Positions 21,655 through 31,083 of a stretch of 64,000 bases of DNA are shown piece after piece. Source of the stretch: Polyangiales bacterium (GTDB lineage Bacteria; Myxococcota_A; Polyangia; Polyangiales; Polyangiaceae); NCBI GenBank assembly GCA_038231275.1, contig JBBRLQ010000012.1, forward strand, positions 165,389-229,388, written 5' to 3'. A program made the translations under genes and the position numbers. A model generated the notes under the pieces. The model was not told the origin of the DNA. It was given only the letters and a program-made list of their open reading frames with translations, and did not search any database. Numbering within the stretch: position 1 is the first letter of the stretch; every line of letters begins with the position of its first letter.

Positions 21655-22236
21655 GTGACCCACTCCCGCGACGTGCTCAGCCCGTTCGGCATCGCGGCCG
21701 GCGCCCGCCGCGAGGGCGAGGGCGAGCGTCGCCTCGTGCGAATCATGGCCGAGAACTTCGACGGCGCGTGGCTCTTCGCGCGGCGGCTGGGCGTTCGTGA
21801 AGGCGACTTGGACGACGTCATGCAGGAGGTGAGCGCAGTGACCTTCGAGCGCCTGGCCGCCATCGCCGACGGCAAGGAGCGGTCGTTCGTCTTCGGCACG
21901 ACCTTCCGCGTGGCGTCGGAGCATCGACGGCGGCGCGAGCGGCGGCGCGAGGAGCCCGTCGAGCTCGCGCGCGACGCGGTCGATCCGCGTGGCGCACCCG
22001 ACCGCGAGACCGAGCTGCGGGAGGCGCGTGCGCTCTTCGACGAGATCTTGGACGACATGCCCATGGAGCTGCGCGCCGTATTCGTTCTCTTCGAGGTCGA
22101 CGAGCTCGAGCAAGCCCAGATCGCCGAGCTCCTCGAGCTTCCCGTAGGCACCGTCGCATCCCGGCTGCGCCGCGCGCGCGCGGACTTCGACGCACGAATC
22201 GCGCGCTACCACGCCGCATGCTCGAGGCGCCCATGA
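21655..22236 (+). CDS. ECF RNA polymerase sigma factor
   Basis: Region 2 DDVMQEV; region 4 LRAVFVL...IAELLELPVGTVASRLRRAR; GTG start after GAGGAG. Confidence 0.88.
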   Translation: MTHSRDVLSPFGIAAGARREGEGERRLVRIMAENFDGAWLFARRLGVREGDLDDVMQEVSAVTFERLAAIADGKERSFVFGTTFRVASEHRRRRERRREEPVELARDAVDPRGAPDRETELREARALFDEILDDMPMELRAVFVLFEVDELEQAQIAELLELPVGTVASRLRRARADFDARIARYHAACSRRP

Positions 22237-22937
22237 GCGATCCTCGTTCCGAGCAACGCGACCTCGCAGCGCGAGTCCTCCGCGCAGCGAAGAGAGACCG
22301 CGTGCCGGGCGGCGCCCGCGTGCGCGTCGTCGCGGCGACGCTTGGCGGGTTAGGCGCAGCGCCTATCGGAGTGGCCGCGGCGCACGGAGCGCTCGCGGGT
22401 GGGCTCGTCGGGCATCTGGTGCGCGGATCGCTCCTCGCGGGCGTGGCGTTGTTGGCGCAGCCGGGGCCCGCGCGGGAGATCGCTCCGGTCGCGCCGGTCC
22501 AGCTGACCGTGCCCCGACTCCCACCGCCTTCCGCCCACGTGCGCGAAACGACGCCGCCCCTTCACGCGGCGCCGAACCCACCTCTCGAACCGCCGGCGCC
22601 GACGACCGCCGGGCCGGGGACCGCCGCACCGGCGCCGACGCGTCCGCCGCCGACGCTGCGCGAAGAGGTCGCGTGGCTCGACGCGATACGGAGCGCGCTC
22701 CATGCCGGCGATTCGACGACCGCGCTCGCGGAGCTCGCGCGCTACCGTCGCACCTTCTTCCCGAAGCAGCTCGCGCGCGAGGCAGATCTGCTCGAGGTAG
22801 AGGCGCTCGCCCGATCCGGCGACCACGACGGCGCGAGGGCCAAGGCTCACCGCTTCGTTCGCGCGAATCCGGGAACGGCAGCGGCGAAACGAATGCAGGG
22901 GCTGATCCGGCCTCTCGACGATGAGGCCGATCCGTGA
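22233..22937 (+). CDS. Putative membrane anti-sigma factor with C-terminal TPR-like domain
   Basis: ATGA overlap with sigma stop; TM segment, Pro-rich linker, LREEVAWLDAIRSAL...ALAELARY. Confidence 0.65.
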   Translation: MSDPRSEQRDLAARVLRAAKRDRVPGGARVRVVAATLGGLGAAPIGVAAAHGALAGGLVGHLVRGSLLAGVALLAQPGPAREIAPVAPVQLTVPRLPPPSAHVRETTPPLHAAPNPPLEPPAPTTAGPGTAAPAPTRPPPTLREEVAWLDAIRSALHAGDSTTALAELARYRRTFFPKQLAREADLLEVEALARSGDHDGARAKAHRFVRANPGTAAAKRMQGLIRPLDDEADP

Positions 22938-22956
22938 GACTCGATCACGCTGACGA

Positions 22957-23721
22957 TCACGGCGGGAGCAGCCGCTCTTGCTTCAGTACGAGGCGCGTGG
23001 CGCCGGCGACGCCGATCGGCAAGAGCAACAGCCCAATCCCCGGCACGAGGAGGATGAAGCCCGACGCGACGCCGAAGCCGAGGACCGCCCAGAAGTGCGT
23101 GCCGACGAAGCGGAGCCTCCCGCCCACGGTCACGCCGCGCACGCTGAGCGGATAGTCCAGGAAATCCCAGGCGATCATGAGCGCCGTCGTCACGAACTTG
23201 AGGGGCACCGTGACGATCGCCGCGGGCGGCGCGAAGATCGTCACCAGCGTGAGCACGAAGAGGATCGGCAGACCCATCGCGAGCGCGGTGAACGTCACGC
23301 CGAGAGAGCGGAGCATCGAGGCGAGCGTCGGCTGCTCGGGCCAGTCCCGTCCGCCGAGGCGCTTCTCCTGGGCGCGCGCGATGCGCTCGAGCGCGAACCC
23401 CGAGAGGGGCTGCGCGAGCGAAATCGCGACGACCACAGAGAGCAGGAGCGCGACCGCGCCGAGGAGCACGCGCAAGACCCAGGCGATCGCCACCGCGAGG
23501 CCCCCCGTGGCCGCGGCGGCGAGGTGATCGGCGAGCGCCATCGCCCCCCAAAGCCCGAGCGCGGCGCACCCGCCCGTGAGGACGAGCGCGACGAGCACGG
23601 GGACGATCGCCATCGGCCACACGGCGGGCGTCGTGACGACGAACCCCACCGCCTCGAAGAGCGCGCCCATGCCTCCGAAGAGTCCGAGCGTCGTCTTCCT
23701 GAGCACCGGGAGCGTCGCCAT
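22957..23721 (-). CDS. EI24/CysZ-like membrane protein
   Basis: Hydrophobic segments; AWDFLDYPL, FG, LLVPGIGLLLLPIGVAGAT pattern. Confidence 0.7.
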   Translation of the reverse strand: MATLPVLRKTTLGLFGGMGALFEAVGFVVTTPAVWPMAIVPVLVALVLTGGCAALGLWGAMALADHLAAAATGGLAVAIAWVLRVLLGAVALLLSVVVAISLAQPLSGFALERIARAQEKRLGGRDWPEQPTLASMLRSLGVTFTALAMGLPILFVLTLVTIFAPPAAIVTVPLKFVTTALMIAWDFLDYPLSVRGVTVGGRLRFVGTHFWAVLGFGVASGFILLVPGIGLLLLPIGVAGATRLVLKQERLLPP

Positions 23722-23736
23722 CGACGCTCAGCTTAG

Positions 23737-23760
23737 TTCGCGCCGCTGCGCTTCGCTCCA
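23737..23760 (-). repeat. Short dispersed intergenic repeat TGGAGCGAAGCGCAGCGG(C/A)GCGAA, copy 1
   Basis: 23/24 match to 59581-59604. Confidence 0.6.
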
Positions 23761-23761
23761 C

Positions 23762-24394
23762 TCAGTTGCAGCCGATGCAGTTGTGCGTGCCGATGCTCGG
23801 GTTCTGCTTGCAGCTCGTCACGTTCACGCACGTCATGTCGCACGAGCCGGTGCTGCAGTCTTGCTTGGTCGACGCGGAGTCGTTCGCGTTGATGTCGCAC
23901 GATCCGGCGGCGCACGTCTGCGTGCACGACGCGCCGGCGCCGCACTGGAGGCTGCACGAGCCGGTGTTGCACGCGAGCGAGCACGTCGAGTTCGCGCCGC
24001 AGTTGGCGTCGCAGGAGACGTTGGGGGCGCACGTGAAGACGCACGTCTGACCGGCACCGCACGAGCAGTCGTGGCCAACGCCGCAGGTGTCGGTGAACGT
24101 GCCGCCCGAGTCGGTCTTGCCGCCGTCGGTCGCGCCGCTGGATCCGCTCGAGCCGCTCGTTCCGGAAGAGCCGCTCGAACCGCTCGTTCCGGAGGAGCCG
24201 CTCGAACCACTGGACCCGCTCGAGCCACTGGACCCGCTCGAGCCACTGGAACCACTGCTGGAACCGCTGGAGCCGCTGCTCGATCCGCTGGAGCCGCCGC
24301 CGCCGTCGGCGCCGCCCGTGGTGCTGTTCACGGAGCACGCCGCACCGACCACGACAGAAAGCACGCACGAGAAGAACAAGTGAGATTTTGACAT
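23762..24394 (-). CDS. Cys-rich lipoprotein with (GSS)n linker
   Basis: ATG at 24394 after GGAGG; GAAC lipobox; Gly/Ser repeat about 24138-24296; C-x5-C-x3-C repeats. Confidence 0.75.
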   Translation of the reverse strand: MSKSHLFFSCVLSVVVGAACSVNSTTGGADGGGGSSGSSSGSSGSSSGSSGSSGSSGSSGSSGSSGSSGTSGSSGSSGTSGSSGSSGATDGGKTDSGGTFTDTCGVGHDCSCGAGQTCVFTCAPNVSCDANCGANSTCSLACNTGSCSLQCGAGASCTQTCAAGSCDINANDSASTKQDCSTGSCDMTCVNVTSCKQNPSIGTHNCIGCN

Positions 24395-24418
24395 ATGTGA
24401 CCTCCGGCGTGCATGTAG

Positions 24419-24434
24419 AGCAAGGGGCGCACCG
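24419..24434 (-). promoter_or_regulatory. Sigma54 -24/-12 promoter CGGTGCGCCCCTTGCT
   Basis: GG-N10-GC spacing with TTGC, just upstream of the ATG at 24394. Confidence 0.6.
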
Positions 24435-24501
24435 CGGCCGAGGCACGGAGGCAAGCCCTTGATCCGACGCGATCTACTGGAAATTTCCCGAGATCCGAGG
24501 G

Positions 24502-24560
24502 GCGATCGTTTTGATCGCGGCGATCAATTCGATCGCGGCGCCCGCGATCCTCCCGATCGC
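24502..24560. promoter_or_regulatory. Three palindromes GCGATC-N5-GATCGC, candidate enhancer (UAS) sites
   Basis: Copies at 24502-24518, 24520-24536 and 24544-24560. Confidence 0.7.
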
Positions 24561-25961
24561 TTACTTCGTCTGGCGGGCGCGGATGATCTGGAAGTAGCGG
24601 CGCGCGATCCCCGACGCCTCCGCCGCGCGGACCACGCTGCCGCCGTGACGCGCGAGGACGCGCTCGACGTAGCGTCGCTCGAACTCGTCGACGACGCGCT
24701 GGCGCGACTCGGGGAACGGCAAGTCGAGGATGAGCACGTCCTCCAGCACGTCGCGCGAGGGCGCGGGGGGTGACACGCTCCCGGGCGGCGGGACGGAGCC
24801 GGTGCCGGCGGGGCTCGTCGAGGCGGCGCGCGTGGCGTCGAGCCCGAGCTCGCCGAGCGCACGCCAACGAACGACCGCGTTGTGAAGCTCGCGCACGTTG
24901 CCCGGCCACGGGTAATCTTCCGCGCGCCGCAGCAGCTCGCTTGGGACGGCCGTATCTCCACCTCCGAGCGCGCGCCAGAAGTGACCGACGAGCAGCTCGA
25001 TGTCACCGTGCCGCTGACGAAGCGGGGGCAGCTCGACGCGCGCGACGGTGATGCGGAAGAACAAGTCGTCGCGGAACCGACCGGCCGCGACCTCGCGATC
25101 GAGATCGCGCCGCGTCGCGCAGAGGACGCGCACGTCGCACTTGAGGAAGCCCGCGCCGCCGACGCGCTGGACCTCCGAGCGCTCGATCGCGCGGAGGAGC
25201 TTTGCCTGGAGGCCGAGCTCGAGCTCGCCGATCTCGTCGATGAGGAGCGTGCCGCCGTGCGCTTGCTCGAAGACGCCCTTGCGGACGCCGACCGCGCCGG
25301 TGAACGCGCCGCGCTCGTGGCCAAAGAGCGTCGATTCGAGCAAATTCGACGGGACCGCGGTGCAGTCGAAGACGATGAACGGGCCGTTCGCGCGGGGGCC
25401 GTTCTCGTGCAGCGCCTCGGCGAGCATCTCTTTGCCGGTGCCGGTCTCGCCTTCGATCAAGAGCGGCATCGTGCTCGCCGCGAGGCGCTCGCAGAGCGGG
25501 TAGAGGCGCCGCATCTCGACGCTCCCGCCGATGGTGCGGCCGAAGCGCATCGCCGACGAGACGCTGCTCGGGGACGACTCGCCGGCGACGTCGACCTTGA
25601 TCGACGTCCCTCCCATTCGCACGATCTCGCCGCCCTTGAGGAGCGCGTCGAAAATCGCGACGCCGTTCACCGTGGTGCCGTTGGTAGACGACAGATCGGT
25701 CAAGCGGAGCCCTTCGGGGCGCGCGTCGAGGGCGGCGTGGCGGCGCGAGACCAACGGATCGCCCAGGCGGAGCGCGCACGCAGGGCCCTGACCGACGAGC
25801 ACGCGCGACGGCTCGCTGCCGTCCACTTGAAGCTCGAGGCCGCGGCTCGGCCCGTCGAGGACGAGGAGTCGGAACACGGGCGCACCGGAGGCCGCGCCCT
25901 CGGGAGGACGCGCGCGCGTCGTGAGATCGTCGAAGACGTCGGGCGGAACGGGAGGGGGCAT
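24561..25961 (-). CDS. FHA-domain sigma54-dependent enhancer-binding protein
   Basis: FHA (VSRRH, DLSSTNGT); AAA+ GETGTGKE, GAFTGA, DEIGE, FRDDLFFR, WPGNVREL; Fis-type HTH. Confidence 0.92.
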   Translation of the reverse strand: MPPPVPPDVFDDLTTRARPPEGAASGAPVFRLLVLDGPSRGLELQVDGSEPSRVLVGQGPACALRLGDPLVSRRHAALDARPEGLRLTDLSSTNGTTVNGVAIFDALLKGGEIVRMGGTSIKVDVAGESSPSSVSSAMRFGRTIGGSVEMRRLYPLCERLAASTMPLLIEGETGTGKEMLAEALHENGPRANGPFIVFDCTAVPSNLLESTLFGHERGAFTGAVGVRKGVFEQAHGGTLLIDEIGELELGLQAKLLRAIERSEVQRVGGAGFLKCDVRVLCATRRDLDREVAAGRFRDDLFFRITVARVELPPLRQRHGDIELLVGHFWRALGGGDTAVPSELLRRAEDYPWPGNVRELHNAVVRWRALGELGLDATRAASTSPAGTGSVPPPGSVSPPAPSRDVLEDVLILDLPFPESRQRVVDEFERRYVERVLARHGGSVVRAAEASGIARRYFQIIRARQTK

Positions 25962-27544
25962 CAGTTCGCGTACGGGTTCGGGGGCGGGTCGGAGGTCGGC
26001 TTGTTGGACGCGGGCGGCGCGGGTTTATGCGGCGTTGGTGCGACGCGCGGCTTGCCTCCGTGCGTCGTCGCGACGCCCGCCGCGTGGGCCGAGCCGGTCG
26101 CGGAAGCCGGAGGCGCGGCGCTCGCGGGCGGCGCGGGATCGACGGCGACCGCGGCGGCCGAGACCAGCGCGGACGGGCGTGGAATCGGCCCGGAGTCGGC
26201 CGGCGAAGCGCTCGACGCCGGCGCCGGGCGCAAGATGCCGCTTCCGGAGAGCACCGCGACGCCGAAGCCGAGCACGACCAGCGCGGCCACCGGCACGAGC
26301 CATCGAAGCGGCGACGGTTGCACCGGAAGCGATGTCGGGAGCGACATTGGAAGATCCGCGGTGGGCTCGGCGACGGAGATCGGCACCGGCACCGACACGG
26401 GATCCGCAGAGCGCAACGTCGACGCCGCGGGCGCGGCCGCCGTCGCCGACGCCGCGGACGGCGCAAACGGCGCGGACGAAACGGCGGCGGGCGCGCCTGG
26501 GGACATCAGCGTCGCGGCGGCGGCGGTCGGCGGCACCGGATCGGGCTCGGTCGACGGCTCGCCGTCTCCGAAGACACTCAGCACGCTCGGTTCGTTCGCG
26601 AGGCGCTGGCGGATGTGGACGCGGCGCTCCTCGAGCTTCGCGCCGACCGACGCCTGCACCAGCTCGGCGACGTCGCGGTGGCTCGCGAGGAGACCCGCTG
26701 CCCGCGCGCTCGCCTCCAGCGCCGCCCCCATCGCCGCCGCGTTCTCGAACCTATGCGCGCGTGGCTTCGAGAGCGCCGTCTCGACCACGGCGTCGAACGC
26801 GGTGCCGACCTCCGGCGCCGCGACGGAAACGAGCGGCGCGTCGTAGGTGAGCACGCGCTGCAGGGTCGCGGCCTCATGCTCGCCGCGGAAGAGGCGCTTG
26901 CCGGTGAGCGCCTCCCACAGGACGATCCCCATCGCAAAAATGTCGAAGCGGCGATCGATGGGCTCCGCGCGCAGGTACTCGGGCGCCATGTACGCGAGCT
27001 TTCCTTTCAGGTGCCCCTCGGTCGTCGCGGCGCTCTTGCGATCGACCTTGGCCACGCCGAAGTCGGCGACGCGCGTGAGCCCGTCCGTGCCGACGAGAAG
27101 GTTCTGCGGAGAAATGTCGCGGTGGACGAGCTGCACCGCGCGCCCGCGTTCGTCTTTCAGCTCGTGCGCGGCGTGGAGGCCCGCGCACGCGTCGAGGATC
27201 GTTCGCACCGCCACCGCCGGCGTCACCTTCGGTCCGCCCGACAGCGCGTTCTGAAGCAGCTCCGCCAGCGGCGCTCCTTCGACGTAATCCATGATGAGGC
27301 TTACGCCGGTCTCGTCGGCCTCCACGTCCCGCACGTCGACGACGTTCGCGTGATGGATGAGCGACGCGAGGCGCGCCTCGGTCACGAGCTCGTTCTTGTA
27401 GTCGGGGTCGGCGACGATGTGATCGTGGGGCCGCTTGATCGCGACGATCTGCCGAAACCCCAGCGCGCCGCGCACGGTCCCGACGTACACCGTCGCCATG
27501 CCGCCGCGCGCGAGCTGAAAGAGCGTCTCGTACCGGCCGCCCAT
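25961..27544 (-). CDS. Membrane Ser/Thr protein kinase
   Basis: GGMATVY, HRDISPQN, DFG, YMAPE; TM segment and Pro/Ala-rich tail. Confidence 0.92.
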   Translation of the reverse strand: MGGRYETLFQLARGGMATVYVGTVRGALGFRQIVAIKRPHDHIVADPDYKNELVTEARLASLIHHANVVDVRDVEADETGVSLIMDYVEGAPLAELLQNALSGGPKVTPAVAVRTILDACAGLHAAHELKDERGRAVQLVHRDISPQNLLVGTDGLTRVADFGVAKVDRKSAATTEGHLKGKLAYMAPEYLRAEPIDRRFDIFAMGIVLWEALTGKRLFRGEHEAATLQRVLTYDAPLVSVAAPEVGTAFDAVVETALSKPRAHRFENAAAMGAALEASARAAGLLASHRDVAELVQASVGAKLEERRVHIRQRLANEPSVLSVFGDGEPSTEPDPVPPTAAAATLMSPGAPAAVSSAPFAPSAASATAAAPAASTLRSADPVSVPVPISVAEPTADLPMSLPTSLPVQPSPLRWLVPVAALVVLGFGVAVLSGSGILRPAPASSASPADSGPIPRPSALVSAAAVAVDPAPPASAAPPASATGSAHAAGVATTHGGKPRVAPTPHKPAPPASNKPTSDPPPNPYAN

Positions 27545-27559
27545 GACGGCTTCAGCGTA

Positions 27560-28549
27560 TCAGAACTGCAGCTCCCAGCCCTGGGCCCCTGCCGGCCGCA
27601 CCCGCCAGGCGGTCGGGCGCGCGCGCGACGCGTCGTCGGCGCCACCCCATCGCGTGAACGCGACGCCGATCACCGCGGTGATCACGCCCACCACCGCCGT
27701 CGCACCGAGGAGGACGAACGTGCGCGTCTGCGCCGAGGATCCGTCGCTCGACAGGGTCTGACACCCTCCCGTGCCGACCTGGAGGCAATTTTGGCCGACG
27801 AACGTGTCGTGCTTGCTCTTCGTGTCCGCGGCGCTCCAAATCGAGACGCCGCCGAGGACCGCCGTCGCGCCGACACCGACGAAAAACACGACGGGCGATA
27901 GGCCGGCCTGAGTGGGGGTCGGAGTCGGAGTCGGGGTCGGGGTCGGAGTCGGGGTCGGCGTCGGAGTCGGGGTCGGCGTCGGCGTCGGAGTCGGCGTCGG
28001 CGTCGGAGTCGGAGTCGCCGGGTGGGCGAGCGGGATGACCTCCGAAGTCACGTCCGCACGCACGTCCACCAGGCGCTGCTGCGCGTCGCCGTCTACCTGG
28101 ACGACGACCGTATGCTGACCGCTCGTCGTCCACGCGTCCTTCTGGATCTCGAGCGGCTTGCCGTCGAGCGTCGCGAGGCACGTCGCCGGCGACGGGCACT
28201 GCACACGAACGCGGCCGGCGCGGGACTTGAAACGGGTCCGCGCGGCGTCCACGCTCGCCGCGAGATCGCCCGCGACGGGCCCGCGCTTCGAGCGCTCCAC
28301 GAGCTCCATACCGAGCGCCGCGTCGTCGGCGCGGACCGCCTCGTCGATCGCCGCCTTGAGCGCGATGTCGCTCGGCGCGAGCTTGTCGGCGAGCGCGAAG
28401 TCGGCCGCCGCCTGCGCGAGATCGCCGCGCTTGTGCGCCGCGGAGCCCCGATCGTACGCCTCGCGCGCGCGCTCGCGATCGCCGTCGGCGCGCGCGGATC
28501 CCGCTGCGAGGAGGAACGCGGCCACCACGAGCAGCGCTCGCGCCGTCAT
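27560..28549 (-). CDS. Exported TPR/PEGA-like protein with PT linker and C-terminal membrane segments
   Basis: Signal peptide, TPR-like helices, PEGA-like strand region, (PT)n; ATGA overlap with upstream gene. Confidence 0.7.
   Translation of the reverse strand: MTARALLVVAAFLLAAGSARADGDRERAREAYDRGSAAHKRGDLAQAAADFALADKLAPSDIALKAAIDEAVRADDAALGMELVERSKRGPVAGDLAASVDAARTRFKSRAGRVRVQCPSPATCLATLDGKPLEIQKDAWTTSGQHTVVVQVDGDAQQRLVDVRADVTSEVIPLAHPATPTPTPTPTPTPTPTPTPTPTPTPTPTPTPTPTPTQAGLSPVVFFVGVGATAVLGGVSIWSAADTKSKHDTFVGQNCLQVGTGGCQTLSSDGSSAQTRTFVLLGATAVVGVITAVIGVAFTRWGGADDASRARPTAWRVRPAGAQGWELQF
27911..28015 (-). repeat. Pro-Thr hexamer array
   Basis: (GGAGTC/GGGGTC/GGCGTC)n on the plus strand. Confidence 0.9.
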
Positions 28550-28956
28550 GCGCATACGCTGCTGAAGCACTGGTGGACCACGGTGTTGCATCCACTGCTG
28601 CAATCGGGGACGCAGCCCGCGTTCTTGAAGGCGGCGACCGCGGCCACGTATTTTTTGGCTTCGGCGCTCTGCGCGTCGACGACCGGGATCGTGCAGCCGC
28701 ACTCGTTCTTCGCGCTCTCCGCGCACGTCCCGGAACAGCTGATGATCCCCGCGCGGGCGATCCCGATCTGCGCCTTGAAGCCGTCGCAATCGCCGCTCGC
28801 GCCGTCGGCGTTGGTCGCGCCGTCGTCGCCCGAGCTACCGGACGAGCCGGAGTCCGAGGCGCTCCCGGAGCTGCTGCCGCCGGGCGGCCCGACGGTCCAA
28901 TCGTACGTGCACGCTGCGAACGCGACGAAGGGCAGCGCGAAAAGGAGCCTCCTCAT
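28546..28956 (-). CDS. Small Cys-rich lipoprotein
   Basis: FAAC lipobox; multiple Cys. Confidence 0.7.
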   Translation of the reverse strand: MRRLLFALPFVAFAACTYDWTVGPPGGSSSGSASDSGSSGSSGDDGATNADGASGDCDGFKAQIGIARAGIISCSGTCAESAKNECGCTIPVVDAQSAEAKKYVAAVAAFKNAGCVPDCSSGCNTVVHQCFSSVCA

Positions 28957-28976
28957 GGCCCCGCCAGCCTACCAGA

Positions 28977-29744
28977 TCACGCGCGCTGGGCGGTCTCCGC
29001 GTCGTAGCGCATCACCTGCGCGCCGCTCATGTCGATGACGCCGACCAGGTTCAGCACGCGCATCACCTGGTAGGTCGGATCGATCTCGAACCACCGCGCC
29101 GCGAAGTTCGGGCTCATGCCGAATTTGTGGTGGTTGTTCTGAAAGAGCTCGCCCGCCGTCAGAAAATCGAACGCGAGCGTATTGCGCGAGACGTCGGCGA
29201 CGTCGAAGTTGCGGTAGCCGTAGCGATGGCCGCACCAGTTCACGATCGCGCCGTGGATCGGCCCCATCAAAAACTGCATCGGGAGGAGCGCCCACATCCA
29301 GAGGTGCGTGGCGAACTTCCAGTAGAAGAGCGCGTACGCCGCGCCCCAGAGGATGCGCATCACCCACGACTGGCTGAGGCGATCGAGCAGCGGCCAGTCG
29401 GGCACGCCGCCGTCGAAGCGTGCCTCCGGCTCGACCCGGCGGTACGCGTACCCGTCGTACTTCTTCTTCGTCGCGAGCATCATCGTGGCGACGTTCGGGT
29501 AGTTCTCCGGCGAGTGCGGATCCTTCTCCGTGTCGCTGAACGCGTGGTGCATGCGGTGCAAGATCGCGTACGCGCGCGCCGACAAGAAGCTCGGGCCCTG
29601 CATCAGGTACGTGAAGAGGTGAAAGAACCGCTCCCAGCCCTTCGACATCTCGAACTGCCGGTGCGCGCCGTACCGGTGGAGGAAGAAGCTCTGGCAGAAG
29701 ACCGAGAGCTGCCAGTGCGCGAGGAAGAAGATGACGATGATCAC
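28977..29744 (-). CDS. Acyl-CoA (delta-9 type) fatty acid desaturase
   Basis: His boxes HRYGAH, HRMHH, QNNHH; DPHSP; start GTG 29744 or 29783. Confidence 0.88.
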   Translation of the reverse strand: MIIVIFFLAHWQLSVFCQSFFLHRYGAHRQFEMSKGWERFFHLFTYLMQGPSFLSARAYAILHRMHHAFSDTEKDPHSPENYPNVATMMLATKKKYDGYAYRRVEPEARFDGGVPDWPLLDRLSQSWVMRILWGAAYALFYWKFATHLWMWALLPMQFLMGPIHGAIVNWCGHRYGYRNFDVADVSRNTLAFDFLTAGELFQNNHHKFGMSPNFAARWFEIDPTYQVMRVLNLVGVIDMSGAQVMRYDAETAQRA

Positions 29745-29881
29745 GGCGCCACTTTGGGGCGCGGACTGGCATGGGCCCATCACGCTTCCGTCATCTTGGC
29801 GTCATGGTCCAACTTCATGAAATCGTTGCGCCAGAGGTAGAAATCGCGCGACACGATGCCTTTGCTAGGCTCCCTCCTTCG

Positions 29882-30217
29882 ATGAAGCCCCTCCTCCTGT
29901 TCGTCCTGCACCTCGTCCTCGCCGCGCTGATCGCTTGCGGGCCGCCTTACCGCGTGACGCCGATCCGCAGCGGCGCCCTCTACCCGAGCAAGGGGGAGGC
30001 GTGCAGCGTTCAGTTCCAAAACCTGAATTTTCAGGAGGCGTCGGCCAAGTACGAGGGACTCGGCCTCATCTCGGTCTCGGGGGCGAGCGGCGACGAGTTC
30101 ACCCCGACGATGAAGAAGGACGTCGAGCGCGCCGCCTGCAAGATGGGCGCGGACCACGTCTCCTTGAACGCGTCGGGGCCGGGGATGTTCCAGTTCATGG
30201 TGTGGCGGTCGCGATGA
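29882..30217 (+). CDS. Small lipoprotein
   Basis: LIAC lipobox; ACKMGAD motif. Confidence 0.6.
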   Translation: MKPLLLFVLHLVLAALIACGPPYRVTPIRSGALYPSKGEACSVQFQNLNFQEASAKYEGLGLISVSGASGDEFTPTMKKDVERAACKMGADHVSLNASGPGMFQFMVWRSR

Positions 30218-31083
30218 GGGGCGCGGCGTGGCTCGCGCGCGGGCTCGGTCTCGCGACGGCCTTCGTCGGGTGCGGGGGCGTGCCGTCCGGAAGCGCGGAG
30301 CCGCCGCGGTACGCGCCGTCGGACCAAGCGAGCGCGCAGGCCGCGAAGAGCTCCGCGAGGCCGCTCGTGCTCGAGTGGCCCGCTGCGGATCGTGCCGCGC
30401 TGGAGTCGCAACGGGCGAAAGGAATCGTCGTCGTTCGCTACGCGCAGCACGAGATGGAGGTCCTGCGCGGGTGCCGCGCGACGGCGACGTATCGATACGC
30501 ATCGATCACTCCCAAGGAAGAGGGGCTCGTATTTCGGACCGCCGACGAGCTCGACGCCGCGATGCCGATCCACGCCGTGAAGCTCGAGGCGAAGCTGCGC
30601 GAGAACAAGTCGCTGCGCGTGGCGATGACGATCGTAGGGATGTACGAGTCCGACGCGCGCGCGTGGAAGGAGGCGGATCTCTCCGGCGACTGCGCGGGGG
30701 CCACCCATGTCGTGCGCGCGCTTGCTGTGGGGGCGTTCGAGATCTCTGCGAGCGCGGCGACGAGCGCGGCGCTCTCGGCAAAGGCGCCGATCGGCGGCGC
30801 AGAAGCGAGCCACGAGGAGTCACGTGAAGTGCTTCACAAGGACGGAAGCAAAGGGGCGTGCGCGAAGGCGAGCACGGCCGACGTGGCGCCGCCTTACGAC
30901 TGCGGAGCGCCGTTGCGCGTGGAGGTCGCGGCCATTCAGTTCGCGCGCGCAGGCGGCACGCGTCCGGCGTTGAGGCCAGGGTCCGGCGGATGTGCGAACG
31001 GCCTCGTGCCGACGGCCAACGGCTGCGAGGCGGTGAACCCCGAACGTCCACCGCTTCTCGACGTCCTCACGGCGCCGAAGTGA
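30214..31083 (+). CDS. Myxobacterial lipoprotein of unknown function
   Basis: ATGA overlap; FVGC lipobox. Confidence 0.65.
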   Translation: MRGAAWLARGLGLATAFVGCGGVPSGSAEPPRYAPSDQASAQAAKSSARPLVLEWPAADRAALESQRAKGIVVVRYAQHEMEVLRGCRATATYRYASITPKEEGLVFRTADELDAAMPIHAVKLEAKLRENKSLRVAMTIVGMYESDARAWKEADLSGDCAGATHVVRALAVGAFEISASAATSAALSAKAPIGGAEASHEESREVLHKDGSKGACAKASTADVAPPYDCGAPLRVEVAAIQFARAGGTRPALRPGSGGCANGLVPTANGCEAVNPERPPLLDVLTAPK

